From positions 17,484,001 to 17,548,000 of the forward strand of contig NC_043002.1 in the NCBI RefSeq assembly GCF_006345805.1: 64,000 nt of DNA. The letters run 5' to 3'. The notes under the pieces are model-generated. The model made no database searches and had not been told where the DNA came from. It saw only the letters and a list, made by a program, of their open reading frames with translations. The position numbers were made by a program, and so were the translations under genes. This document shows, piece by piece, positions 53,384 through 64,000 of this stretch; within the stretch, counting starts at the first letter, position 1, and each line of letters opens with the position of its first letter. This DNA is from Octopus sinensis. Taxonomy: Eukaryota.

Positions 53384-53600
53384 TGGTTGGTTGGTTGGCA
53401 TCCTTTCTGTCTCGGGAGACAATGGAGTTGCGCATAAAGTAGTCTAGTCCGGCTTTTATATTTCATGTCCTGATACATTTCCTGTTGTGGCTGTGTAGTC
53501 CTATCCTGGACAAACACTCCCTCTGGCAGGTACCGCTAATGTAGCGAAGACTGTTCCTGGCTGGTTGTAATGCCATAGTCTCTTGTTGACGTCTCTTCTT
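53384..53600 (-). mobile_element. RTE-clade LINE, 3' terminal fragment
   Basis: The minus strand encodes CQRECLSRIGLHSHNRKC (the C-terminal CxxxCxSRIGLxSH zinc finger of RTE elements), then a 3' UTR TTGTCTCCCGAGACAGAAAGGATGCC and a (CAAC)n tail. Confidence 0.75.
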
Positions 53601-53639
53601 TTCTTTCCATTTCTCCTCTCTCTCTCTCTGTCACTCCTT

Positions 53640-55285
53640 TGTATTCCCTCTTTTACGGTACGTCGTCATTCTACAATATTGCAGTGAAAAAAGCACCACT
53701 ACTCTCAGATCATGATATGTTTCTCCGTGATCTGGGATTCTACCATCCAAACCTCAAACCCAATAACCTATCTCCAAAACATTCATTTGACACTATAGAT
53801 CTTCATAATGTAGTTTTGGATGTGACCAATCATGATCTTTCACAAGTTGATAGGGCCTTCGCGCCCGCACCCCACCCCCACATAAATAGATCGTGCCAGG
53901 CTTTTGTATTACCTGTAAAAAAAAATGCGCAAAACATACCCCGTTAAAATCAGTAAAAAAAAAAAGTAAGTGCAGAATTCTAAGAAACAGAAGAGCAATT
54001 ATAAGAAAAATAAAAAGAATTAACAAGAAAATCAACAAATACTGCCAGTAACAACAAATCAATTTGACTTCCATTGCATCACTCGAATCAAAAAACAAGA
54101 CCGCTAAAAAAACTCATAATGACCATCGTTAACAACCAGAACAGACGAGGAGAAATGGGCCGTTGAGAAGATAAAACAACCCCAGGGTGTTCTTTTCCAT
54201 TTGCAAAAAATCATTAAGTCGCTGTTTCACACTTGGTTCTCTGGTTGATGAGAACAACACTCTACATGATGATGCAACATTCATGCGCGGGATGCAGCAG
54301 AAACAATTCTGTTCTGTTTTCAGTAACCCTAATGCGGTTGATCTGGCTACTATCAGTGATGTAAGCCCTCAACTAACTATATCCGATATACGTTTTGGTG
54401 CTCCTGATATCCTAACAGAACTAAATAAGATCAAGCACAACTCAGATGCAGGTCCCGAGAGGTTCCTGGAAACTGTCCTAAAGATGTGTCGACACCTCTA
54501 GATGAGCTCTGGAGGAGCTCACTTGATCATTTCTTTCCCGGTCTGTCGTTCTAATTTTCAAAATGAGAAACATATTTCTTGCAGCGAACGATTTCACTTA
54601 CGATTTCACTTACCTCTCATATCATTAACGTACTCGAGAGCGAAAGAATAGTTTCTGTGATGGCAGGCACTGCCTGTCGCAGCTTCTGCACCATTTTGGG
54701 GACATCTTAAAAGCTGTGAGAGAAGGCTCCAACAGTGATGTCATATGTCTTCATTTCAGCAAGGCATTTGACAGAGTGAACCACAAAATCCTGCCGAAGA
54801 AAGTGTCCAACATTGGAGTCCGTGGAAAACTACTGACGAATAGAACCAACATGTTGAGGTTGAAGCAATCCCATTAAGTTCAGCCCAAGTCAGTAGTGGT
54901 GTCTCACAAGGTACTGTGTTGGACCAACTCTTCTTCAATATTTATATCAAACACTGTACATCGAAAATGTTAGCCGATGGTTCCAAGCACCAGTAGGCCA
55001 GAAACCGTATAGAAGACCGAACATGCCTTCAATCTGATCTGTTTGCTGTTGTCCATTGGGCGGAAGAGAACAATATGCTTCTAAATGAAGATAAGTTTAA
55101 TTGGATACTCTGAAACTACTATATTCCCTCCCCTTGGGCGACTCCCTAGTGCCATCCAACAACACCAGAGGCCTTGGAGTAATTGTTGATAACAATCTAA
55201 GCTGGAGACCCCACGTAAACAACAAGATTGACTTGACCCGCAAGATGTGCTCCTGGATTGTGAGAACACAATGGTATCAAAGCTA
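53640..55285 (+). mobile_element. Old, heavily decayed relative of the CR1/L2-group LINE ORF2
   Basis: LLSDHDM, QKQFCSVFSNP, EGSNSDVICLHFSKAFDRVNHKIL, SGVSQGTVL, LNEDKF and GLGVIVDNNLSW appear in the same order as in 47.0-48.7 kb, with many stops and indels. Confidence 0.88.
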
Positions 55286-55699
55286 AGCAATGATGTAGCA
55301 TAAACGAACTTTACGTTAATGATATATTTCTGTTACAATATTTCAATACGTTAAAACTTCCCCTGGCGAGGTCTCAAACTAATTTCTGACATTTTAGCTT
55401 GCTTACCTGGAGAAGCAGAAGGTAGAACTCTCAAGCAGACTCGAAACCTTTGTGGAACTGCTGTCATTAGAACATCAAAGATAGCACACGGTGCTGCAAG
55501 TGTAGAAAGTCATTTCAAAGATTGTAATTATCAATTGACTGAAAACTCAGCTGTATGCAACTTCTTTCCACTGACAATGGGTGAGTCAATGTGTATTGAG
55601 TGTGATAAAGTTATAGAGTTAACAAGTAGTTTTTGGTTCTCACCAGACTTACGGAGTTTCACAGATATATCTCGTGATGTATCCAATCAATCCAGTATA

Positions 55700-55798
<99 letters not shown>

Positions 55799-56954
55799 TA
55801 TACTTACAGTTACACCATTTAATATAATACATGTGAAGATGCTACCACAAACCATATAGGTGACATGGTCCGCTATACGAACGAACCTATTCCTGAGAGC
55901 TGGCAAGAAGACAATGCACAGATCCACGATTCACGTTCTGTCAATATACTGTACGTAAACACGAGAGATAAATATATGTTATGTAAGACATACATGTGCC
56001 GCAGTATTAAGAGAGATTACGCTGTCTGTAGAAATCCATGTCGCCGCTTGTTATTTACCTTACTCGTACTCAATAGAAAAATTTAATGCATTCACTGTAG
56101 TGCCTAATCCAGAATAAGGACAAAAAAAGGCAAAAACCAACAACCTTTAACCGCAACGACACATGTTAATTTGTGGGCAAAAACGTCAGAAACCAGAAAA
56201 TGTCATCTCACATTCTTGTCATAGATATAAAAGAAGGAATTTAGTTCAAAGTTTTTAATTTATCAAGAGGAATATCTGAACAAATGGAAAGGTCATTGAG
56301 ATTGTCTGATAGGAATATTCAGGTGAAACTGACTCAACATACGGAAACAATAATCTGTTAATCTGTTAATTATGCGTCTGTTTGCGTTTATGTGTGAGTG
56401 TGTGTGCGTGTGTATATGCGAGTGTGTGTGCTTGTGTCTGCGTGTGGTTTTTGTGCATATGTATATCTTTTGTGAATGTGCTATTGTGTGAATGTGTACA
56501 TATAAATACATGCGAATTTCAGCTTAGTTAAAATGTGTTCATGATATGTTCCAACTTCTAAAGGCAAATACACTTATCGTAATAATGTGTAAAAGCACCT
56601 TCTCAACGGTAATTGTAATGAATTTTGCCTTTCGAAGTTCAAGTATGTCATAAACATATTTTAATAAATCTAAACTGCTCGCCATTGATGTATTCAAATT
56701 TCCTCTGTCCCGGCGGTTTAAAAGCGCAACTAAGTCAATGTTTTGGGGGGTCTTTTTCTGTTATTTACATGAAGCTACGGCTTTAAATCAGCCTAGACTT
56801 ACCTCTCTTCTTTATTTCCTATCGATAACAGTAAAACACTGCGTCAGCGAATCTGATAAAAGCAACAGGGCACATGTGGTGCTTCCCAATCTTTTACCGT
56901 AACAGAGAATCTATCCTCCACAGTAGTCGCAGTATATGTATATCTATGTATATG

Positions 56955-57027
<73 letters not shown>

Positions 57028-57190
57028 GGGAATAAATCCAAATTACAGGGAAAAAATCAGATTTAGGATTAAATCCAATTTATAGTAAAATATTATATAA
57101 TATTATTAGAGACAAACCACTATTTTGCAAAACAACAAGGGAAAGACTTAATCAATACATAAAATTTAATAAAAAAGTCAAAAAAAACCG

Positions 57191-57231
57191 CCACTACAAT
57201 TGTTCTTGTCTTGATCGACAATTTCAGGTGG
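57191..57231 (-). ncRNA. Hammerhead ribozyme-like motif in the left arm (two 1-nt deletions in the core)
   Basis: Minus strand: CCAC-CTGAAA-TTGTC(GATCAA)GACAA-GAA-CAATTG-TA-GTGG. Confidence 0.6.
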
Positions 57232-58382
57232 ACTTCCAATCTAAAATATCAATATTTTTAAAATATAAAAATAATAATTTAAAATAATTAAAGTATAATG
57301 AAAAATATAGATATTCTGGTTACTTACGATGTATTTTATATATCGTATTATGTGTACTAATGTTGTTTTTCTTTTGAGTTTATGTATGTGGGATTGTGTG
57401 GGTGAGGTGTGCGTATTTTGGTTGTGTAGTTGTTTTATCTGTATGAAGTGGGTGTGTTAATATGGTTGTATATATGAGTTTGGTGAGATGTATATGTATA
57501 TGGTGTGGTTTTACGTATGTATATTGTGTGTGAATGTGGTTATAGGTTTGCTATTTAGGTTTGGGGATGTATGTGTTTTTTTGTCTGTGTGGGGTTGAGT
57601 GGGTTTTTGGAGTATATGTTGAGGTTATATGTATGTGTAAGTGGGGTGGGTTATTTGTATATGTCGTGGGTGGGTGTGGTGTACGTGTGTGTATTTTGTG
57701 GGTGAATGTTTAGGTTAGGGGGATTGCTATATAGTATGTTATAGAGTTTAGTAAAGGAGATTTTATCATTATATGTTTTATGAGTTTGGTTTATCATGGT
57801 AGTTTGTTAAGGAATTCGTAGTAATTTGTGTCTATTTGGCGAGTCGTTGTTTTATGGCATTGTTTTATTCATAATTTTAAGTTAGTGTTCGTTTACCAAG
57901 TGAATATAATTTTAATCCATTTATTCCATTTCTCCGTTCATAATTTTAAGTGAGGTCCGTTTCTAGAGCGGAGGGAATGTGGGTTGTATGTGTGTGTGAG
58001 GGAGTATGAATAAGTATTGTGTTGAAGTTTTAGCTATTTTATTTATTTATCGTTGCCTAGACGTTTTATGTGTATGTATAGGGATATATATATAGGTGTG
58101 TGATTTAGTGTATGTATTTTAGATATGGTATTATAATTAGTTATAGTGTATGGGTGTATATGTGTACATTTGTTTTTTTTTGTTTTGTTATATTTTATAT
58201 TTATATTTATATTTATATTTAATTGTTGATAGGTTATTTTAGTTTATATATGGTTATATATTGATTATATATGGATTATATATAGGTTATACATAGATTA
58301 TATATTTATATTTTTTCATAATACTTTAATTATTTAAAATTATTATTTTATATTTTACACTATTGAATTTTAGATTGGAAGT

Positions 58383-58425
58383 CCACATGAAGATTGTAGA
58401 TCAAGACAAGAAACAATTGTAGTGG
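58383..58425 (+). ncRNA. Hammerhead ribozyme-like motif in the right arm (C3A substitution)
   Basis: CCAC-ATGAAGA-TTGT(AGATCAAG)ACAA-GAAA-CAATTG-TA-GTGG; palindromic ACAATTGT stem III and a GUA cleavage triplet. Confidence 0.7.
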
Positions 58426-58637
58426 CGTTTTTTTTGACTTTTTATTAAAATTTTATGTATTGATTAAGTCTCCTTGTTGTTTGGCAAAATAGGGTTTTGT
58501 CTCTAATAATATTTAGATATATATATATATATATACATACAATACCATAAAATATATATATATATACATATATATATATACATATACAAACATAAATATA
58601 TATATATATATATATGTATATCTATATATATATATAT

Positions 58638-58679
<42 letters not shown>

Positions 58680-58715
58680 TAGATATATATATATATATAT
58701 ATAAATATAGATATC

Positions 58716-58768
<53 letters not shown>

Positions 58769-58772
58769 AACT

Positions 58773-59083
58773 TATATCACCGTGATCTCCGTGACCGACC
58801 AGCCTATCAGACGTTGCTACACATCGCTGGTCACAAAGCACTTCGCATTTCTTCAGCCTTAAAATGACGCCACCCCGCTGGCTAAGCGAGCAGGCCAACA
58901 GAAGAAGGAGTGAGAGAAAGCTGTGGCGAAAGAGTACAGCGGGGATCGCCACCCCCCACTGCCGGAGCTTCGTGGAGCTTTAGGTGTTTTCGCTCAATAA
59001 ACACTTACAATGCCCGGTCTGGGAATCGAAACTGCAATCCTACGACCGCGAGTCCGCTGCCCTAACCACTGGGCTATTGCGCT

Positions 59084-59086
<3 letters not shown>
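58773..59086 (-). mobile_element. tRNA-head SINE, family B (full length)
   Basis: Minus strand begins GGAGCGCAATAGCCCAGTGGTTAGGGCAGCGGACTCGCGG...GTTTCGATTCCCAGACCGGGC and continues into a non-tRNA body; embedded in (TA)n. Confidence 0.85.
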
Positions 59087-59122
<36 letters not shown>

Positions 59123-59342
59123 CGAACATATACTATATATTCCTATTAATATAATATAATATATTTATATATATATTATATAATATATTATATATATTTT
59201 AATAGTTATATGATAAAGGTGCCACTCAAATATGACGAAAACCGGGTTTATGAAATGTTTCTTTATAAAATTATTTTAGGCATTTTCTATTGACTTGTTT
59301 TTTTTCCAGCTATATATATTTATATATATAATATATATATAG

Positions 59343-59375
<33 letters not shown>

Positions 59376-59404
59376 TGTGTGGTGTGTGTGTGTATATATA
59401 GTTA

Positions 59405-59590
59405 ATCCAAAACAAGAAAACACAAAAAGAACACCCAACGCGAGGACGTGGAACAAATAAAGTATTATTGGACACTCAGGAAAGAAGGGAAGAAGGAGGT
59501 TTAACGTTTCGAGCGGAGCTCTTCGTCGGAAATAAAGGAGAAGGAAAGATCCCGAGAAGGGAAGACAGAGGAAAAAATTGCTGGCGGTAT
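59405..59590 (-). mobile_element. Second copy of the hammerhead-bearing short repeat seen at 11290-11461
   Basis: The reverse complement aligns from TTTTTTCCTCTGTCTTCCC to GTTCCACGTCCTCGCGTTG. Confidence 0.75.
59499..59533 (-). ncRNA. Minimal hammerhead-like motif with the same core as 11347-11381
   Basis: Minus strand: ATTT-CCGACGA-A-GAGC(TCC)GCTC-GAAA-CGT-T-AAAC. Confidence 0.6.
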
Positions 59591-59609
59591 ATAATATATA
59601 TATATATAG

Positions 59610-59641
<32 letters not shown>

Positions 59642-60383
59642 TATATGTAATGAATCTGCCCTTGGCTTCGATAAGTACTTCAGTATGATCCGGCCGAAAT
59701 ATAGAGCACATGGCTGCTCTATATGGTCCTTATCCGTTTCAAATATCTCCTAACCTTCCCCGGTTCATAAGACTTACTGCTTGTATCGAATGTTCTCTTG
59801 CACTACATTTCTATTAGTCAACTCCAACGCCTGAAGATCTCCTTAGCGATGGCCCCCATTGTTTCTCCGTGAATACCACCGATAATGTCTGAAACCCGTT
59901 GCTGAGACTGCAAGTTACTTATAGTATCCCAATATTGAGAATGCCTTTCCTCTTTAAAACTTCCCCACTGGAGTCCTCCATTTTCATCGGAACATCGTGA
60001 GCAAAACATCTTGCTGTATCTAGAAGGTTTGCAATCTCTAAATCGGGGTGTTCTGCACCTTTGACTACTAGGGTAACATGTCTTTTAATTTCTTATGTCA
60101 GCCTTTTATCAGCACATGGGTGATTTACAAGAAATATTAAACTTTTAATTGGTTTGAAGAGAGTAATATACTGATAATTAAATACTCCTCTCAACCTTTA
60201 TATAACTACGCACTTATACGCGCACACATGCACACGCACTCACACATAAACACTCACAAACGCACCACACACGTACACAAACATACACACATACACATTC
60301 ACACATACACATAACACAAACATACATTCGCTCACACACATTCATGCATATGTAATTACTGTGCAAAGTACATCGATATACAC

Positions 60384-60782
60384 TTTACTCTTTTTACTCT
60401 TTTACTTATTTCAGTGGCCATGCTGGAGCACCGCCTTTAGTGAAGCATATCGACCCCAGGACTTATTCTTTGTAAGCTCAGTACATATTCTATTTGTTTC
60501 TGTTACCGAACCGCTGAGTTACGGGGACGTAAACACACCGCATTGGTTGTCAAGTGATGTTGGGTGGACAGACAGAGACACACTGGCATACACACACACA
60601 TATATATATACATATATACGACGGGCTTCTTTCAGTTTCCGTCTACCGATTCTACTAACAAGGCTTTGGTCGACCCGAGGCTAGAATAGAAGGCACATAC
60701 CCAAGGTGCTACGCACTGGGACTGAACCCGTAACCATGTGGTTGGTAAGCGAGCTACTTACCACACAGCCACTCCTACGCCT
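60384..60782 (-). mobile_element. SINE family A (full length, minus strand)
   Basis: CCACACAGCCACTCCTACGCCT is the reverse complement of the head; the 3' half and (AAGAGTA)-type tail are at 60384-60410. Confidence 0.9.
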
Positions 60783-61554
60783 GACTTTCTAATATGATGA
60801 AAGGATTGATGTTGTAATGCGTTCTTGCGCGGCATTATTGCCTACTGTACAGTTTTCTGCCACATTTTTGTCGATCACTATTCCTTTATTCACATATGTA
60901 TGTTTTACAGCCGTGTCGTTTGCATATAAAAAAGAAATTAATATGTAAGAATATCGAATGAAAATATAAATATTTAATGTGTGAGAGATGAAGAGACAGA
61001 ACGTGTGGAGACCAAGAGTAAGAAACGGAGTTACAAGAAGGAATGGTAAACAAAAATAATTGAAAGAAAACTACCAAGAGCACGTGCTCGGAAAACATAT
61101 TATGGTAGTGTTGACCTAATTCGAATTCGATATAATTTTATGGCAGCCAAAGTCACGTTCTATATCGCCAGATGCGAAACAAACTAAATATATTTTATAA
61201 TGATCATGACCAGTAAAATCTATTTATAATCAGTTTCGCAAAAGTACTTGCTTAGATCTAAACTATTTCAATTTATTTCGTGTGGAAATGAAATATTTTG
61301 ATTCGTATTCATATGTAATTATATATTTTGCCTCCTTCCTTTTCATGTTTTCATTTTTATCGCCTGTTCTTCCATTCCTTTTTGGTCTTTTATCCGCAGA
61401 GTTACTTAAACGTGCTTCGATTACCAGAACTTATTTTCTTGTATGTTCCATTAAATAATCATTTAGCACACGTGTACATTCACGCACCCACGTGCGTACA
61501 CACGTGTGAACACATATCACACACTCACACACACACGTGAGTACATAGACACAT

Positions 61555-61646
61555 ACACAAGCATATATGTATATATATACATATATACATACATACACAT
61601 ATATATATGTATATATATACACATATATATATATGTATATATATAT

Positions 61647-61686
<40 letters not shown>

Positions 61687-61703
61687 TACATATATATATA
61701 TGC

Positions 61704-61755
<52 letters not shown>
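61555..61755. repeat. (TA)n / (TACA)n microsatellite
   Basis: Direct reading of the sequence. Confidence 0.95.
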
Positions 61756-61756
<1 letters not shown>

Positions 61757-63522
61757 GACCATTTGTGAAAAAACGAATGCTTTTTGCCCCCGTTTTCTTT
61801 TTAATCTTCTTATAAAAGTGAAAGGATTTAGTCTATTTATTTCTACTGTCCACTTACGACGGTGATTCAGTTGACTAGGAAAACTATACGTGATGAATAT
61901 CCAATACCAAACTATCTTAATCTACCTATTGAAACTGCATTAAACTTTGGCAAGCTTACCTTTACCTATTCTGAGTTACTTGAAAGGCGATGTTCCCTTC
62001 CCTCTCTTCTGATTGTTGATACCTTTTTTTACCTTTGATACCGTTGTTTCACTTTAAGGAGGCTTCTTTAACTGCTGTCCATTGTTTCAAATAGGTTTTA
62101 GAATTGTCATTCTAGCCTTTTTTATACAGTCACATATGATTCGTACCAAAGAATCAACCTTTAAATAAGGGTTTCACTTCAACTAGCGAAAGCTATACGT
62201 ATCTTTCAGGAAGCTCCATACCAATTTAACTTTATGCAGCATTCGCTGTTAGTTTATGTGCACGCTATGTGGGGAGATAGAATAAAGGAGCTTTTGTTAG
62301 CTTTTCTCTCCGAGAAAAATAACTCCCTTTGCTGTTGAGCAGTGGGGAAGTTTCAACATCTTCCTTCAATTTCCTTACACCATTATGTGGTTGTTTCTGA
62401 CAGGAAATTTCGCTTTCATGTAAAACAACTATATTTTTGTAGTCATTATCTGTAATCTACTCCCAAAACTCTTCATGATTCCCTGTTGTCAGATTAGCAG
62501 AAATTTGTTTTTGTTTATTCGTGTTCCAGATAAAAAAACTTCGTTATTTTGTAAACTATTTAACAACAACAAACCAATTTACCAAGCAAAATTTTAGACA
62601 AAGATTAGAAACATATGGCTCGAGATCACTGGATTTTATTAGTGAAAATTTCCCGCAGAAGAGTTAGTCTCTAAAGTCATTTATATGTACCACAAACGTA
62701 TTTTGAATATTGTCTGTACCTTAGGTAACATTAATTCTAATAGTTGTTTGCATGAGTTGATGATAAAATTCATTAATATCAGCAAAATAGGAAACTAATT
62801 CATCACGTAGTGACACAAATTCCATCTGGCCTATCACACTATATTCATTGACGTCATCACCTTTCAGTATAATGCTTTCATTAATACTCTGAGAAATGCC
62901 GTATCAATCTACTGAACTTCCTTTTGGAACAAAATATAAATTGTTGGCAAAGTCTGTTAGGTTAATTAGGCTACTTTGAAACGCTTCCTTCATGATATCG
63001 AATTGTAAGAAACATAGTTCAGGTAGGTTTGACTGGCTCCTGTTTTGCTGTCAGAACTTTTATGAAAAAAAGGGAAAATGACTACAATATCTTTCAGATA
63101 TCTCGTAAAGAAGTCATTCAGTCAATCTTTCATTCCTGTTATTCAGTCTAAATTATGAATTAAATCCAATCCACCCCAGTTTAAAACAAAACTTCCCTTA
63201 CACTAGCTTTCAATAGGCATAGCATCTCTTTGCTCCATTATCTTCAAGCAAAGAATTTCTTGCAGCGACTCTAACATAATAGACACAAGACATTTCTAAA
63301 CACTTAGCCTGTTAGAGAATGGTATGCCATTTCTCCCATATGGTTTCTGATTTTGCGTTGCCCATTTGAAATGCTAGCACAATGTTTGTAATTCGCAACT
63401 ACAAATCCCTGTGTCTGTAACGTTTAGGAGATGTTCTGACTGTCCAAAAGTTATGTGTTGTACGTCTTAATATCCTAACCTAGGCACTGGCTTTTTCTAT
63501 TCTGTTCTGTGGTAGTTATTCA

Positions 63523-63557
<35 letters not shown>

Positions 63558-63561
63558 TTAT

Positions 63562-63608
<47 letters not shown>

Positions 63609-63714
63609 AATATATATATATATGTATATGTATAATATAAATAATATATATATTTCATATATATACATATATGTACATACCTACATATATATATGTATAT
63701 ATACATACATATAT

Positions 63715-64000
63715 GGATACAGGTGACCAAAAGAACGTTGAACACAATGAGAAACGAAACCATAAAAACTAAAGAAGAAAAGAAACACATTTTTTTCGGA
63801 GAACGAAAAACAAACAAACAGAGAAACGAGACATACAAGATAAAGAATATTCCCCTTCTTCAGTTGTCCCTGTTTCAACTACTCCACATTTCGAAGGTAA
63901 GGACAAGACGCGGCTTCGTTGAAACAATCCTTCCCGCAAAGCAAATTAAATAAAGGTTGGGATTTTTTGCGGAGGGTGAAAGTGGTAACAAGAACAGGAC
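63715..64000. repeat. A-rich repeat distantly related to the 14.1-15.4 kb direct-repeat unit (runs off the window end)
   Basis: Shared ordered motifs: CCCC.TC.TCAG.TGTC, TTTCGAAGG, CCTTCC.GC.A.AG and AAATAAA. Confidence 0.5.

Larger units (their letters stand above)
57021..58513 (-). mobile_element. Inverted-repeat element with a hammerhead motif in each arm (non-autonomous Penelope-like derivative)
   Basis: Arms 57099-57312 and 58305-58513 are reverse complements (~210 bp); the ~1-kb interior is strongly G/T-skewed on the plus strand. Confidence 0.75.

Noticed and set aside
55455-55690. Plus-strand open frame with AHGAASVESHF resembling a hAT-like SHG.ASVERGF motif
   Set aside because: A single short motif, overlapping an equally weak candidate exon on the opposite strand; neither can be confirmed.
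51293-59086. tRNA-like sequences at 51293, 53020 and 59086 as tRNA genes
   Set aside because: They lack a complete acceptor stem and continue into repeated SINE bodies, so they are SINE heads.
59680-59730. GAAA followed by a 9-bp hairpin (ATATAGAGC/GCTCTATAT) as a hammerhead
   Set aside because: There is no CTGANGA box and the would-be cleavage base is G.

Overview
This is 64 kb of AT-rich, microsatellite-dense eukaryotic DNA. The SINE/LINE repertoire and (TA)n/(TATG)n density look like an octopus (coleoid cephalopod) genome; this is inference from recalled repeat families, not a database match. I cannot support any host protein-coding gene, rRNA, true tRNA or CRISPR array, and most ORFs in the supplied track are microsatellite artefacts. 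The window is essentially a transposon landscape. It holds an apparently full-length CR1/L2-group LINE (44.7-49.3 kb) whose ORF1 has an unusual Myb/SANT-like + poly-Q + tandem CCCH architecture, a ~99% identical 3' fragment of it at 9.9-11.0 kb, and an old decayed relative at 53.6-55.3 kb. It also holds a 5'-truncated R4/Dong LINE lying in (TAA)n repeats with a 41-codon in-frame poly-Glu expansion, internally deleted mariner and Hero-like elements, Tc1, RTE and possible hAT remnants, palindromic MITE-like elements, and at least five tRNA-head SINE families. The most interesting signal is invisible to the ORF track: five hammerhead-ribozyme-like motifs from three unrelated short non-coding elements (11.35, 37.96, 57.19, 58.38 and 59.50 kb). 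All have the minimal type I fold with a palindromic stem III typical of Penelope-like elements and retrozymes, and one family sits in the arms of a 1.5-kb inverted-repeat element.
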